From Octopus sinensis (taxonomy: Eukaryota), in NCBI RefSeq assembly GCF_006345805.1, contig NW_021836131.1, positions 248,001 to 312,000 of the forward strand: 64,000 nt of DNA. Direction: 5' to 3'. The stretch's first letter is position 1. Each line of letters opens with the position of its first letter. This document shows, in pieces, positions 20,937 through 34,330 of this stretch. The position numbers were made by a program, and so were the translations under genes. Below the pieces are notes generated by a model. The model was not told the origin of the DNA, did no database searches, and was given only the letters and a program-made list of their open reading frames with translations.

Positions 20937-23900
20937 CTAATAATAATCATTCAACCAACGATGATAATTAATTATTCTTTTAGTCGAAGAGAAGGGACTA
21001 TTCCCCCTGAGAACGGCAGATGAGAGAACCGCCTGGAAAAGCCAGTCCACCTCCCGAGGATCGTGAGATTTTGGCCCCGAGTTGCGGAAGAACTTTTCCG
21101 TCTTCGGAGCAAAAGTACCAGACGTCTCCACCGCAATCTGCAGCACAAAAAATTATCCAAAGGCGCGAGAGTATTTTGAAAGTTTTTTATCTTCGGCCTT
21201 CTTAGCTGCGGATTTAGCCTCAAGAGCACACGAAGTTAGGTGTGAGACAGAGAATGTGTCCCAGCAGGTTTTGCATCCCATTACGAGTGTTTTATTATAT
21301 TAGTATAAAGCACTTTCGGAAAAGTCATAAGTTAAATTAGCTTTCCTTGTGCACCATTGAAATTCTCCGGTCATGCGTCTCAGGCTCTACGGTCAGTTGC
21401 GCGATCGTCCTGAGTGAGTCGAGATCATCGCCATTTTTCAGTTTTTATTAATTCCAGCTAGATCTTCATTTAGCGTGGTAGCCAGAGTGACCCTGGGTCT
21501 TCCACGGAAGTCTCCTTTGGAATGGGCAAAGTAGTTTTCCATCGCGATATTCGGCGGAGTGTGAGGCTGTCAAGTCTTAATATGTGTCCAAAGAGTCGCC
21601 ATCTGGACTCCAGGATGTCCATAGAGATCGGTCTCGAATTGCATCTTTTGTATAGGGTGGAATTTGCTATTTTCCTGAGAATTGCATGTTTATCACTCTT
21701 CTCAGTTGGTCCGATGATGAAATCGGTCCAAATTGTTCATATCGGTCTTACTGATTCCCCACGTCGATCCATTGTACATTAGGACTGGGACAACAAAGTG
21801 TTGTATATTTTAAGTTTGTCTTTGAATTTAGTTCTTTAGGCGCCGATGTTCATAAACTTATTGTATGTGGCAATTGATAGTATTTTTCTGTGCATAATGT
21901 CTTCAGAGTCCCTAAGAGAGATCCGACTTTTTTTGTTCTCCAGGGCTCATCATGAGTTCGTTCAGATCGAATAAATTTTCGTATGTTCAGTTTATGTGGT
22001 TGATTGTTAGAAACCATTTGGAAAAAATATATGGTAATGTTTCGATAATAAATCGAAGGGTTTCAGCATCATCAGATACGAAGTCGACATCATCAGCATA
22101 TATTATTTCGTTGTATTTAGTGTTGTCCACAAGAGGCCGAAAGTCTCTGAGTGGCCTCTAGGTAGACGATAAAGAGAACTGGGGACAGCGAATCGCCTTG
22201 TGGTATGCCCCGTGATGTGTAGAAATAGTTTGACACATTTTTACCAAGTTTGGTTGCTAATTGAGTGTTCTGAAGAAGCATTAGGATTATTCTGATGTCG
22301 TCATGATTTAGAAGGTCATAAGTATTCCACAAAGTTTAGTTCTGTGAACAGAGTCGACTCGAATGCCTGGACATATCGATGCCGAGTATTTCAGTGCAAT
22401 GTTTATATTTTTGGCATGTGGCAGTCCATCTGTGAGTCCAGATCATCAGCAGTGGACCTGCCAGTTCTAAAGCCACTTTGTCCCGGTGACAGAAAGTTTT
22501 CCACCTTGGTTCTTATCCTCTCTAATGCGATCAACGACAGTGTTTTCCGAAGCGTCGTTAGCAAAATAATAGGTCTTAGGCTGGATAGGGGTCCTTTTTG
22601 TTTTCCAGGTTTCTGTAGAGGAATTAGTGCTTTTCCACCCTCAAAAGGCAAAAGGGTCATTTCTGTCAAGGCGTTTCCCGTCACCGTAGTCGAGACCTGG
22701 TGGTCTGACGACAGAATGAAATCCTGCCCGAATCAAGAAGCCTTCGTATGACGTCATTCATAGCCGAATGCCTCGGAAATCCTCAGGAACTCCTCCTGCA
22801 CGATAAAGGATGCAGACCGAAAGAGTCAACAGAGCAGCCACAATGACACACGTGCGGGAACATTACCTTAGCCCGAGGTGCAGGGAGATTCCAATCCTTA
22901 CAGATCGTAATCAAGGAGGGGGCCAGATAAGGCTTTCGGGAATGCGCAAGACCAAGCTCCACTAGCCGGGGATGCTGCCGAAAGTAGGCAAGCGCAGGCG
23001 ATGTTGGTTGGACGACTCGAGTAGCAGATTGAAAGTTTGCTTGCATCCTATTAGATCCCAGGCTCGCTGGACATTCGATCCTCCGGAAGGTTAAGGCCTT
23101 GTTCCCTCAAGGCTTCAGTGTGAAGTGAGCCACATTGGTGTCCAAAAAAAATTCAGAAAATGACCGTAGAATTTCCATCACAAGTGTGTGGCTCGAGAGA
23201 AAGACGAAAGAAAGCAAAGGGAAAGATAGATCGGAGCATGAGCGGATGCCGAGACCGCAGCAGAAGACTAACGGGAGGTTGCCTGTCTCCAACACCTTTG
23301 TCGAAGGGGAAATTGCATATGTTTTGCAAAACACGGAGAAAAGCGTAGCAGATAAGTGAGCTTTTGGATTGTGAAGCTGGTTTGTTAAAGGAATAATGCT
23401 GATTGTGAGTCCAAATGTCCGATACGTTTGAAAACATTTTTTAAAAAGGATTCCTTATTGCGTAAGGCCGCATCAATGGAATCGCCAGCCACCGAGGCTT
23501 CGAAGATAGAAAGTTGGTTGGGGAGTAGATTGCGCTCCCGGGATGAGATCACAAAAATAGCAGACAGCGTCTTCGAAAATAGATTGCAAACACCTGAAGT
23601 TAGAGATTTCGAGAAAAATTCAAACTGAGGCCAATTTTCTCCAGGGCCGGAACGATTTTTATTATATCCTGCAGAACGGTGTCTGGAGTGCCTTCGAGGT
23701 ACCAGAGATTAAGTGGGGAAGATACAGTTTGGTCACCTCAGAAATTCCAAGACAGAAAAGGAGTGGCCCAGAAGGTCTCCCTGTTGAACTCCCGTAGCAG
23801 ATGGAATAGTTTCGGATCCGAAGATAAGGGAGAATCGTTGCCCGTATGATTGGAAAGTTAGGTCAAATAAAAAAGGACAATACTCAGACCAAGCCTCCAA

Positions 23901-24033
23901 AACTCGCTCCCGTTGAATGCATTTCTGATATCTAGTTTGATCAATATTTTTGGACGTGGGGATTTCTTGCATGAATCTGAGAATGTGCGGATAGCATGAA
24001 CTGTAGATTCGCATCCTCCAAGAACTCCGAGAA
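20937..24033 (-). mobile_element. 5'-truncated CRE-clade retrotransposon, split by nested RTE
   Basis: GGCESTVHAIR, LDIRNAFN, GVQQGD (RT); CHCG..GLHPLSC, GDGKR, AVETSG, WLFQ..AVLRGN (knuckle/RLE); candidate TSD ATTTTTTTAA at 20927-20936 and 24034-24043. Confidence 0.85.
21294..22625 (-). mobile_element. 5'-truncated copy of the RTE at 1866-4848, nested in CRE
   Basis: Reverse complement of ~3510-4848, differing mostly by 1-3 nt indels; TSD AGTG(C)TTTT at 21286-21293 and 22626-22634. Confidence 0.93.
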
Positions 24034-24279
24034 ATTTTTTTAAACGTTTCAAATTTGTTATTTATAACCTCCTATTGACAAAATTCGGTCCCGTAATTTT
24101 AGATGAACTGGTAAAGGCAACGGCAGGAAGCAATGCAAAGGGAAGTTGAATACTCATCGAGAATTCAGAAAATCGTTAAAAATTGTCAATTTATTAATCC
24201 ATGAAATAATGAGAATTATTCTAAAACAATGGATTATCAAAAACAGGGAATAAGTTATTCACGAATTATTAAGACCTGG

Positions 24280-24740
24280 AGGTCAGCTCAAAGTCGCCGC
24301 ATGCGTATCGAGTGGCAGTTTCCGCCACTGAGTAGTACACTCTCCACACTCACTTTCTAATTATCTGCGTATGTCAGTCTCACCACAATTAAAACTGGAT
24401 GTCTCTAAAGTATACACAACCAATCCTCCTCTCCCCCGATAACAGTACTTAAACACAAAACTCATTAAGGAAGAAGAGGAGGTTATAAACTACTGTAGGA
24501 ATGCCAACTTAATCGACTATTCTAGCCACAAGAGGGTCATTGAGACACACTCTCCCACATTTTGAGTAATGTTAATGTCCCAGTATTCCCTCTGCCTGTG
24601 TTATGTACACTCTATTTTCGTGTCCCCCTTTATTTTAGACATGTTCAAGTCCGGGTTTTTAAAAAGTATTCCCCGTTCACGTTTAGATTGAACTCCTCCC
24701 CAACATGAAGTCTCCACTCAGCACTGTGTTCAACAAACAC
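24280..24740 (+). mobile_element. Degenerate 3' end of I/Ingi-like LINE
   Basis: Weak NLNRL..SH..LFSCP similarity to 57830-58285; its last 30 bp recur at 20000-20029. Confidence 0.4.
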
Positions 24741-24950
24741 TTGTTCTCTCTTAGTTTGTTATTAATGTAATTCATTACACACATTTATTATATTTTACTG
24801 CTTTTAAATGAAAATAATTACAATTTGCTATTTAATTATTATTAATAATAAGCGGTAATTTTAATGTTTTAAATATATTCTAGTGTGTCGTCCGCATGTA
24901 CTTTTTTTCTAATAACAAATGTATATTCTCATAATAATTTTTTATTAGAA

Positions 24951-27900
24951 ATGTTATTTTTAAAATAATTCGATCAAGTCGAAACCTCTTAACTTAAAAA
25001 ATTTTTCATCTCGAAGAAACCCGCTAAACATCAAATGATCCCTAAAGAACTCCACGACTCTATTTTTGGCCAAAACAGCGTTTTTTATTAAAAATAAAAA
25101 ACAAGGTCTTTTACGAACAAGAACGTGTCATAAAAGCCCAAAAACACCTTCAAAACCTTTATAAAGAACTTCAATTTAGAATCTCAAACCGCCGATGACA
25201 TAACAATAAAGTTACCTGACCTTCCCGGCAAAAATATCGAGAATATGTTTTCAAAAATGGCCGAGTCTATCTCTCTTCCTTATTTAAAACTGGCAAATGA
25301 ACTATCAGAATGCCAGTCTCTCCCTTCAATGCCAAAAGAATGGAAAATGATAGAAGGTCTTTGTTTGTTTCATTTCAGGGTGGTTAAAATACAACGAGGA
25401 TGGCTCGGTAATACAAGTTGATTACCCAGAAGAAACAGCTCTTGTATTTGACGTTGAGACTCTCGTTCGAGAGGAAGGTCGTCCTGTCATGGCCGTCGCA
25501 CTTTCAGCAACAAATTGGTAATATTGGATATATATGATTAGGTATGGGTGGTGTAGTCGTTATTTAACCAATTCTGATTATTTTTATGGATCAAGAAGGC
25601 GACTTTCTGATCTTATTCCGATGGAGACAGTGGCTGATACTGACATGGCTAAAACATTCGTCTTCCATTCCAAGGCTTGTGGTAGGTCATAATGTCTCAT
25701 TTGATCGTTCTTTCATAAAGGAGGAATACCTCTTACAGGTCATATTTTATATATTATAACATAGGGGACTAAAATGAGATTTATTGACACAATGTCACTC
25801 CATTGCTTGTTCGGGATTCACGAGTGATCAAAAAATGGCCATTCGACAAAAGTCAATAGTGGAAGATGAGACAGAAGCTGAGATTTGGATGAATTTGGGG
25901 ACAACCAACTCCCTACAAGACGTCCATGCATATCACTGCAAAGGCCAACTCTTAAAAAAAGACCTCCGAAAAATATTCGTGACAGGATCAGTGACTGATG
26001 TACGTCAATCATTCAATGAACTTATTGATTATTGTGCTAATGACGTACTGGCTACATTCAGAGTATTTAGTCGTCTTTTTAAGTTGTATTGTTCTCGGTT
26101 TATTTTGATTTTATAACTTAAGATTTCCGTCGGATGTGACTTTGGCTGGAATGTTAGAAATGGGATCCATGTATTTGCCAGTAAACGAGAATTGGGAACA
26201 TTTTTTGAGTCGGTCACAAAATAAATTCCTCCAAGATGAAAAGAAAATAAAACGTCTTTTATTAAACGCGGCAAACAGCGCCGTGGCAAATATCAAAAAA
26301 TCTGCTGATTGTCCTTGGACCTGGGACCTTGATTGGAGAACAATTCCTTCAAACACAAAAAAATACCAAAAAACAACAAATCGATCAACTTTCTGAACTA
26401 TTCAAGAAGGAACGTGTTCTAAGCATGAACTATCTCAATGATTATCCACGTTAAGTAATCCTGGTTAAAATTGTCAGCTGGTATAGGAATATATGTGATA
26501 GCCCTCAAAGTAATGAAAGAACGACATTCTCTCCTTCGAATTTGTCACTTTCAAAGAGAATTGTCACTAAATTGCTAAAACTAAGTTTTTTTGGATGTCC
26601 GTTATTTTACCACTCCCTTTATGGCTGGGGATTTCTTGTTCCCGCGCTTGGAGTGACTGAAAGATCAGATACGGATAAATTATATCCTTATCCTTCAAAG
26701 TATTTGTTTGTGGTTTGAATTTTCAGATTTGCCCTTTTTAATATCGTAAAGTTTCTCTTTAATCATTCCGGAGAAAATTGTGACGATTTTTTGGAAAATA
26801 TTTTCAAAATGGGCCTGAAATACTCAATAATGTTGAGTTACGGAATAATACTTATTGGAAGGTTGTTTTAATTCATTTTATTGTAGTTAGGGAATTGGTT
26901 TGAGCGGAAATTAAGTTCCTATTGAAAAAAGAATCCCCCTTTTACAGGATGTCGATGGGGTACCTCCATCTTGGAATTTTTGTCGTTTTTTGAGACAAGT
27001 TATAAAAATTACTCAAATTATTATAGGATTGTTCAACTCGTAAAATCAACATGTTTTATGCAAGGAAAACGTTGAAAAACTCAAAAAAACGGTCAATTAG
27101 TCTCTGAGTTTGCTCCAGAATCCACAGATTGTTGATTGGGCCACAACTTTGACTTATTGGCGAAATAACCTTGATAGAATTAAGTTTAACAATTAAATAC
27201 ATTTTGAGGTCTCAATACGTCGTTGGTTAAATCAAAACGAGATTGCTTCCCCAACCTCCAAAGGTTTATTTGGGGCAATACTTCCACGTGTTATTGTCTC
27301 AGGGACAGTGACGAGACGGGCAGTTGAGCCTACATGGCTGACTGCTAGTATGCAAGAGTATTTGTTAGCTTTGATTACTATCAGACTGATCGTATTGGTA
27401 GTGAACTGAAAGCTATGATTCAATCGCCCGTGGACTATCATTTGTTGGGGCAGATGTAGATTTAGAGGAGTTGTGGATTGCTTCTCTTCTTGGGGATGCA
27501 TATTTTTCAAAAATTCATGGCAATAAGTTTTTTGTGAATTTTTAGGAAGTACTGGGTTTTCGTGGATGCTTCATCAGGAAGTAAATCTGAGGGTCCGATC
27601 TCCATAGTCGCACTGCTGAGATCATTGGACTCTCTCGTTCTCAGGCTAAGGTTTAAATTGGAATATTTGTTTAGGTTTTAATTTTTCCCGAATTTATGGT
27701 TCTGGAGTAAACTCAACTGCCGCAATGATGATGGCCTGTAATGCGAAATTGTCGCAGGAGGAGGCTTTATTAAAGGCAAATAATTTGTATCGTCAGACGA
27801 AAGGGAGACGTGTGAGGTTTACTAATATATTTAATCTTTTTAGCCTATCCAGAGATTATCGATGGGTTGGAGGAAGGTATATTTCTAAATCATTTGTTAG

Positions 27901-28490
27901 CGAATCTGACGTCTTTAATGTGATGGAGGCAATTGCATTTTAGAGAACCCTCGTACTCCATTTCTAGGTTGTCTTATATCACAGGCACTGACACCGTCGG
28001 CTGTTGGTCAAAAAGTAGTTATTTTTTACAAAAATAGTTTTCTCGTTCTCGGCTAAATTGGGTTATACAGAGCTCTGCTGTCGATTTTTTGCATTTATTG
28101 CTCACAGCAACTCGTTGGTTGATGTCGGATGCTGGAATTAGTGGCCGTCTGGCACTCAGCATTCACGATGAAGTACGATTCATAATGCCTTCTTCTAATC
28201 GTTATGAAGCTGCATTTTATTACAAGTTGCGCATCTTTTAACGAGGTGTGCCTTTTCTAATTCTCTTGGAATGAGAGATCTCCTTCTGTGGTGTGTTTTA
28301 ATATTGTTATAGTGTGTGGGCGTACTTTTCGTCGATAGAGATTGATCGGTGTATTAGGAAGGAACCATCTGACTCTTGTATTACTCCTTCTAATCCATTG
28401 GGGATGTTAAAGGGCTATGATATTCCCGATGGTGAATCACTTGGCATTGAGAAGCTTGTTGAAAAAAATAGTAATCTCAATCATAATTGA
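24951..28490 (+). CDS. POLG: Mitochondrial DNA polymerase gamma catalytic subunit
   Basis: RRNPLNI, LVFDVE (ExoI), GHNVSFD (ExoII), YCANDV (ExoIII), [31 protein letters not shown] (A), [10 protein letters not shown] (B), [23 protein letters not shown] (C), ITPSNP; many ~22-30 nt introns and some 1-nt indels. Confidence 0.95.
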
Positions 28491-28554
28491 GTAGCTCACT
28501 TTGATCTATTTTTATATTTGAAATGTTTTGTTTTTTTACTCGAGTGTAATTAAA

Positions 28555-30446
28555 TGTCACAGGCTGGGATAATGCCCTGGGTTGGATAATACCCCCTTAA
28601 AATTTTATTAAAATCAAACGAAAATAACCTGATAATTAATTAAAAATAACTTGATAATGGAATTAATTCGATTTATTCAATTTTTATCCATTTTTTGATT
28701 GAAAGAATTTTTCAAAGAGTCGGCAAAAACCGGCATCACCAATTTTTCCAAATCAATAACGTATTTTATTAATTATACAATTTTTTAGGTCTACCATTTA
28801 AAACAATATTAAAAATTCATTGAATTTTTATTATATAAAAATTTTTATAAGAGTCATATTTTTTTTATACGACTTTTGTGTACATATTTGGATGATTCGT
28901 CATTAAGATCTTTAAGTACGCATTGTCTTATAACCTCCGATATTTCATATATAGTGGAATCAATCTGATCGTATAGGGGGTATTTTCGGTTATTTAGATT
29001 CGCATCAATATCATGTCTCAATCGTCCTCGTTACAAATAACTTGCCTTTCTACTTGACCCTGAATCCATGGTGCTTTAGGGCGTCCACTTATGTGTATGA
29101 TTTTCAGATCATTACACATTGATTCCATACATGTGTCTTAAATTCTTTCCCATTATCCGTCTGTAGAATAAATAAGGGACCATTTCCTTTTCAATATCGA
29201 AAACCAACTTATCTCTTCCAAAATGTGTTCCTCATATGTTCAATCTATAATAATTATGTAACGATCACCTCGATAGTTTTTAGTTTAAGTCCTTTTCTTC
29301 TTTGGGAAAAAAAGCGTAACCTCTGGTTTTGTATTTTGTGTATACTATCCCTTCCTCCTCGAAAATTAACTGTTCTGCTAATTTTCCGTATCTTTTCTTT
29401 CAGATTTCTGAAATCGGTCAATATATTATTATTATTATTTGCAACATACGTAGAATCATATTAGTTATAATTTTACTCGTGCAGCATTAAAAACAATCCT
29501 TGAACCAGCCTCCTCCAACCTCCTCTGTCGTGAGCGAGTTTCCTCAGCTCGTCCAGATCCTCACCACTCCTTAGCCTTTTCTTCACACATTTCAGGTCTC
29601 CGTCAAGTGTTTCCGGCAGCGTAACACGTGGACGTCCACGGAAGCTCGATCCCTCTTTCAGGAAGTAGCCCTCCATTGCTATGTTAGCTGGGGCAAGCAT
29701 GTCCATTCGTAGAATATGGCCAAATAACCTCCACCGCATATTAACGATTCCACACTCAGAGGGCCAGTTCTGCATCTATTGTATAGCGATTCCTGGTTGA
29801 TTCTTATAGGCCAGTTCAATCCAGTAGGGATCTAAGTTGCCTGCGGTGAAAAGAATCGAGTCACGTTGTTCGTACTAGACATTCCCCAGGTCGCCGAATT
29901 ATATGTTCAGGATTGGTTTGACAAAGGCTTCATACTCCTCAGACGAAGTGACGTACAGAGTCGTCGTTTGCGATCCACTCTTTCTTTATCTTGTTCATCG
30001 TGGCCCAAGCGAGAGCCTTCTTCTGACAATATCATGGCCGTCCCCAAGTAGAGAAACCGAGTTTGTTCGTTTTGCGCCAGGCTTCACTTGAGCTGCTCTC
30101 CATCCTCATGATTTCAACGATGTTCGGTTTTTCCAACGTTCGGTCAATATAAAAAACATCTATTTGAATATTTTGATTACTTCAAGTTCATCTTTGGTAA
30201 GGTTGAGTAAAACCATTTCTGAAATATAGATTTGATCGATTATACTTATTATTTTTTCAAATTGGAAAACTTAGATAACCAAAACAAATTTTCACGCTAG
30301 ATAATTTGAAAAAAACTTTGATAAATTACTAAAATAATTAAGAAAATCAAAAAATCTAATCAAAATTAATTTGAAAAAATATTTATTTTTTTTAAATAAC
30401 GTTGAGGGGGCATTATCCAACCCAGGGCATTATCCAGCCGGTGACA
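28555..30446 (-). mobile_element. Ginger2/TDD-like DNA transposon (deleted), with nested RTE
   Basis: ~45-bp TIRs beginning TGTCAC..GGATAATGCCCTGGGTTGGATAAT, TSD TTAAA (28550-28554, 30447-30451); integrase remnant ILQTDNGKEF..ISGRPKAPWIQGQVER. Confidence 0.82.
29426..30139 (-). mobile_element. 5'-truncated RTE (second subfamily)
   Basis: RWRLFGHILRMD..FRGRPRVTLP; (TAA)n tail; TSD TCGGTCAATATA at 29414-29425 and 30140-30151. Confidence 0.9.
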
Positions 30447-30559
30447 TTAAATCATCACAATTTAAGGATGAAATTTAATAAACGACAGATTTTTTTAATA
30501 TAGAGAATCTAAGTTTTCAACTGACACACGTCTTTTTGAAACCATTTTCTAAATATTTT

Positions 30560-31662
30560 TTATTGACACAATTCCTGGCACGGACATCCCTTTTAGATTG
30601 AGTGACCTTCTACTCTTTTTTCTTACTCGCTTCCTTCACCTGACAGAATTCTTCTGCCTATTCCCCTGTCGGCTATCATAAAATCCTTTGATTTTTATGG
30701 CGTTTTTGAAACTTGCTGATATTGTCGTCCTAAGTTAACACCAGAGATATTATGTTCACTTTTGCATTGTGGTTTACTGCTAGTTCACAACACGCACGTT
30801 GTATTTGTTCATTATCTTCACTTCCTCCTGTTTCAGTAATTGCTGGAAAATTATTCAAACTTTGATCAGCATGATTATTCTTTTCACGTCATCCAGTATA
30901 ACTATATGCGACTCATTTTACTGGACTTTGGTTTCCGCGTTATTAGTGTATCCACGTGTATTTTTACAAGATATTATGTTTTATTTTTATATTTGATTAC
31001 TTAAATTAGTTGGCGTCAGAATTAATAATGATTTCAAACATCACTTTTACAATTCAAAACTGTTCAAAAATGATTCAAACGGTATGAATAAAAATTCGGT
31101 AGAGTTCTCATAATTATAAAGAAGTACTTTAGTAAAATTTTCAATCTTGCTAGATATTAAAACATCGTTTAGTAATGCACATTAAAACTTTAAACAAATT
31201 AAAAATACCTTGCAATTCCATCAGATCCATCCACTCGACAGTTTTTCATCAATTTTCGAATATTCCAGCTCTTTGAAAATTTTCATATAGGAATTAACGC
31301 TTTTATATTCTTCGAAAATCATCTGTTGAAAAAATAGTTTATATTCTTCGAAGGATCCTCGAAGTGTTTATTTCAAACATAAGAAAATCTAACAGCTATT
31401 CACTGACAGACAGTATTTTAATCATTATAACTCATTATTTTAATTTTTTGTTGAATTTTAAGCCTAGAGCAATTACCACTAATGCCACGTTGGGTTATTT
31501 TAGGGAATTTACTGTACTTGTAATTTTTACAATTCAAAATGCTACAAACTTTAACGTGATTTAAGAATCATCTGCCTATATTTGAACATTATTGCAAAGA
31601 AAGTTCATTTTTACAATATTGTTCTATGAAGAGTTTGAACTGTTCCTATACGCAACTGTCAT
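30560..31662 (-). CDS. Possible spliced host gene of unknown function
   Basis: Coding-like segments (..PAITETGGSEDNEQIQRACCELAVNHNAK..) bounded by GT-AG mini-introns; no recognisable domain. Confidence 0.3.
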
Positions 31663-31781
31663 GTCGTTGTAGTCGGAACACTGATTCAAATCAGGAAAAC
31701 TAATTATTTTAAGTGTTTTTTTATTGTTTTAATTAAAGTTACTATTTTAATTTTGTTATTTAAAAATCTATTAGATATATC

Positions 31782-33505
31782 ATGACTATTTCATGTGGTG
31801 ATCGTGTTGAGCTTAATGGCTCCATAGGAACTGTGAAGTACCACGGTGAAGTAAAGGATTAAAAATGGTTAAGACCGTCACTATGAAATCTATTAAGGAA
31901 CTTGGATTGGTGTTGACTGGGATGACTCATCAAGAGGTAAACACAACGGAACATTTAATGGCCAATTCTATTTCAAAGCCAAGTTTGCATTTCTATTATA
32001 ACATTTAAGCAACCCACAAAGTGGATCATTCATTTCTCCTTTAAAGGCAAATTTCGGCTTAACATTTTATGAACTTTATTAAAAAAAATATAATTTTTTA
32101 TTTAACATCAAATGAAATTGAAGAGGACCAAGTCATCACTACCATCTTTAATAAATCAATAAATTTTATTGGTGCAAAAAAATTAAAAGAATCAGCCAAG
32201 TTTTATATTTTATATTTTATTAGAAAATATAATTTTTATTACTATTATTGATTGTCCGACTATTATGTCAAGGTCTTGGTAAACCGGAAAATAATGAAGA
32301 AATTGATAGTTTCTTGGCCAGACAACTCAACTGAAATTTGTGCAATTCTCTGATATCAAAAGGAGAGGATGTTTTGGAAATTGTAGGAAAATTCAAAATT
32401 TAGAATTTCTTGATTTGAGTTTTAATAAGATTCAATGGAAAGGAAAAAAGTGGGGAAAAACATTTTCTTGTTTCCATTGCTTTAAATGCTGTTTTCTCGA
32501 TAATGTTTCTATTTCAATTGTATGTGGACTGGACTTGAAACAATTTCATTGAGTCATAATTTGATTTCGGAAATATCATATTTGTCTGTATTTTGTGATT
32601 CGTTGACTTCGCTTGATCTGAGCTTTAATCTTATTTCGTCGTGGGATAACATCAACGATCTTCGTTGTCTTAAAAAAGTGTATTTTTTATTATTTTATTT
32701 TTTAAAATTATTTATAGATTAATTTTCTAAATATCTCTTCGAATCCTATCCGTTCAATTAAAATCCCCAAAAATGAAGGTGGAATATTTCCAGCCTTATC
32801 TGTACTTTATCTTAAAGATTGTCCTATTGATGATGTTAGTGTCTAATAATGCATTTATATAGATATGTTCATTTGAGGAACTAAATTCCTTCCAAAATGA
32901 GGGAATTGTGTTGTGATTTGGTACAATTAAAAATTCTCAGAGACCATTGCTAATTTCTATATTAACCAATATAAAGGTCCTCAACAGGAAATAGAAATTA
33001 CATTCAATGAACGATTTTTAGCTGAAGCTGCAACAAGAGCCGTTTTGACAGCAATAAATTCAAAAAAGAATCACAAAAATGCAATAGTTTGGATTTAAAT
33101 ATTTTTTATTCTACCAAGGTCCTGAAAAACGGGCTTACCGGGAGCTCAATAATCAAGAAAACAATCGCGGAGGATTTAATATGTTCATATTTTATAATAT
33201 TTGTAGCATTAAAGATTGTAAATGAAAATTCTGGGAAGGATTTGGTGAAGAAATTCCCATTTTATTTTGTTATTTATACCATTTTAAATAGGTCTAATTG
33301 AGATATGCAGATTTAAAATGTATTGAGGAAATGGTTTGAAATACAGCGCAAGAATGTACTTTCTATTTTCTTATTTGACAAAGTTTTCTTTTTTTATAGA
33401 GAATGTGAAAGGATTTTGGCAAAATGGTTTGAAATTGATGACGATACGCAAAAACTGGATTATTATAATGTAGAAAATGATTCTACTATTTACCTCAGAT
33501 ATTAA
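31782..33505 (+). CDS. TBCE: Tubulin-specific chaperone E (CAP-Gly, LRR, ubiquitin-like)
   Basis: GDRV..GTVKYHG..WIGVDWDDSSRGKHNG..YF..SGSF; LRRs (LEFLDLSFN, LTSLDLSFNLISSW, LNISSNPI); C-terminal IDDDTQKLDYYNVENDSTIYLRY*. Confidence 0.9.
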
Positions 33506-33699
33506 TTCATTTTTTAGTAACAATTTTTTAATAATTTTTATAACTTTTTTAAAATCATTATTACAGTTCTTAAAGTCATGAAAAGTGTTGATACTGCACA
33601 AGGTTAATTTAATTAACTATTATTTCTCTACTGTGTTTTCTTAATTTTAAATTCTTTAAGCAGTGTTGCAACATTTTTTGATATAAGAACTATTCTAGG

Positions 33700-34030
33700 A
33701 CATGGTTAGTTAATAAGGACACGGTGAGTTAGTAGCGCCGAACTGCCCGACATGCAGGAAGCTGGCGACTATTAAGCGACGCAAACTGGGCCGTCGCTCC
33801 CAGAGATCCCGAAGCGCTGCGCGTGGTAGCGAAATTTCCTGTGGTCTAGGACAGGAGAACAAGTGGTGGACGGAGATTGAGTAAAGGTTACATAGTGGAG
33901 ATGTCTGGATGTTGCTATTCACGTAGCAACAAAAAGACCTACAATCTTTTACCCATTAGTGAATTGATCATCTGATTCGCTCTTGGCGGCTATTGAGTAG
34001 ACACAAAGCCGTCGCTCGCACCCGTTGCTT
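33700..34030 (-). mobile_element. 3' fragment of I/Ingi-like LINE
   Basis: SPLCNLY..SVHHLFSCP..DLW..P C-terminal CCHC-type motif. Confidence 0.6.
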
Positions 34031-34214
34031 CTGTTCTCTGATGACATTGAAACAACAAGGACATTTTCTTTTATACAGTTTTTAGTTTAAAAATCATCTA
34101 TAGATCTCTTATCGAAAACTCCAAAATCTATCCAGTTTAGTTTAAATCATATATAGATCTCAAGTTTAAAAACGTAAAATAAAATTTAAAATTAATTATT
34201 CTTCGCTTATGTAA

Positions 34215-34330
34215 GCATGTCTGCTCTCACAGGCAACGCCCGCAAATCAAGATGGTTTTATCGAGCGGATATCCCTGCGATAGTACGCTTTAATTCTTTC
34301 TCGATCGCGTCGGCTTCCCGTCCATGAGGC
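34215..34330 (+). mobile_element. CRE 3'-end fragment
   Basis: Nucleotide similarity to 42600-42700 (SRWF..ISLAIVR). Confidence 0.55.
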
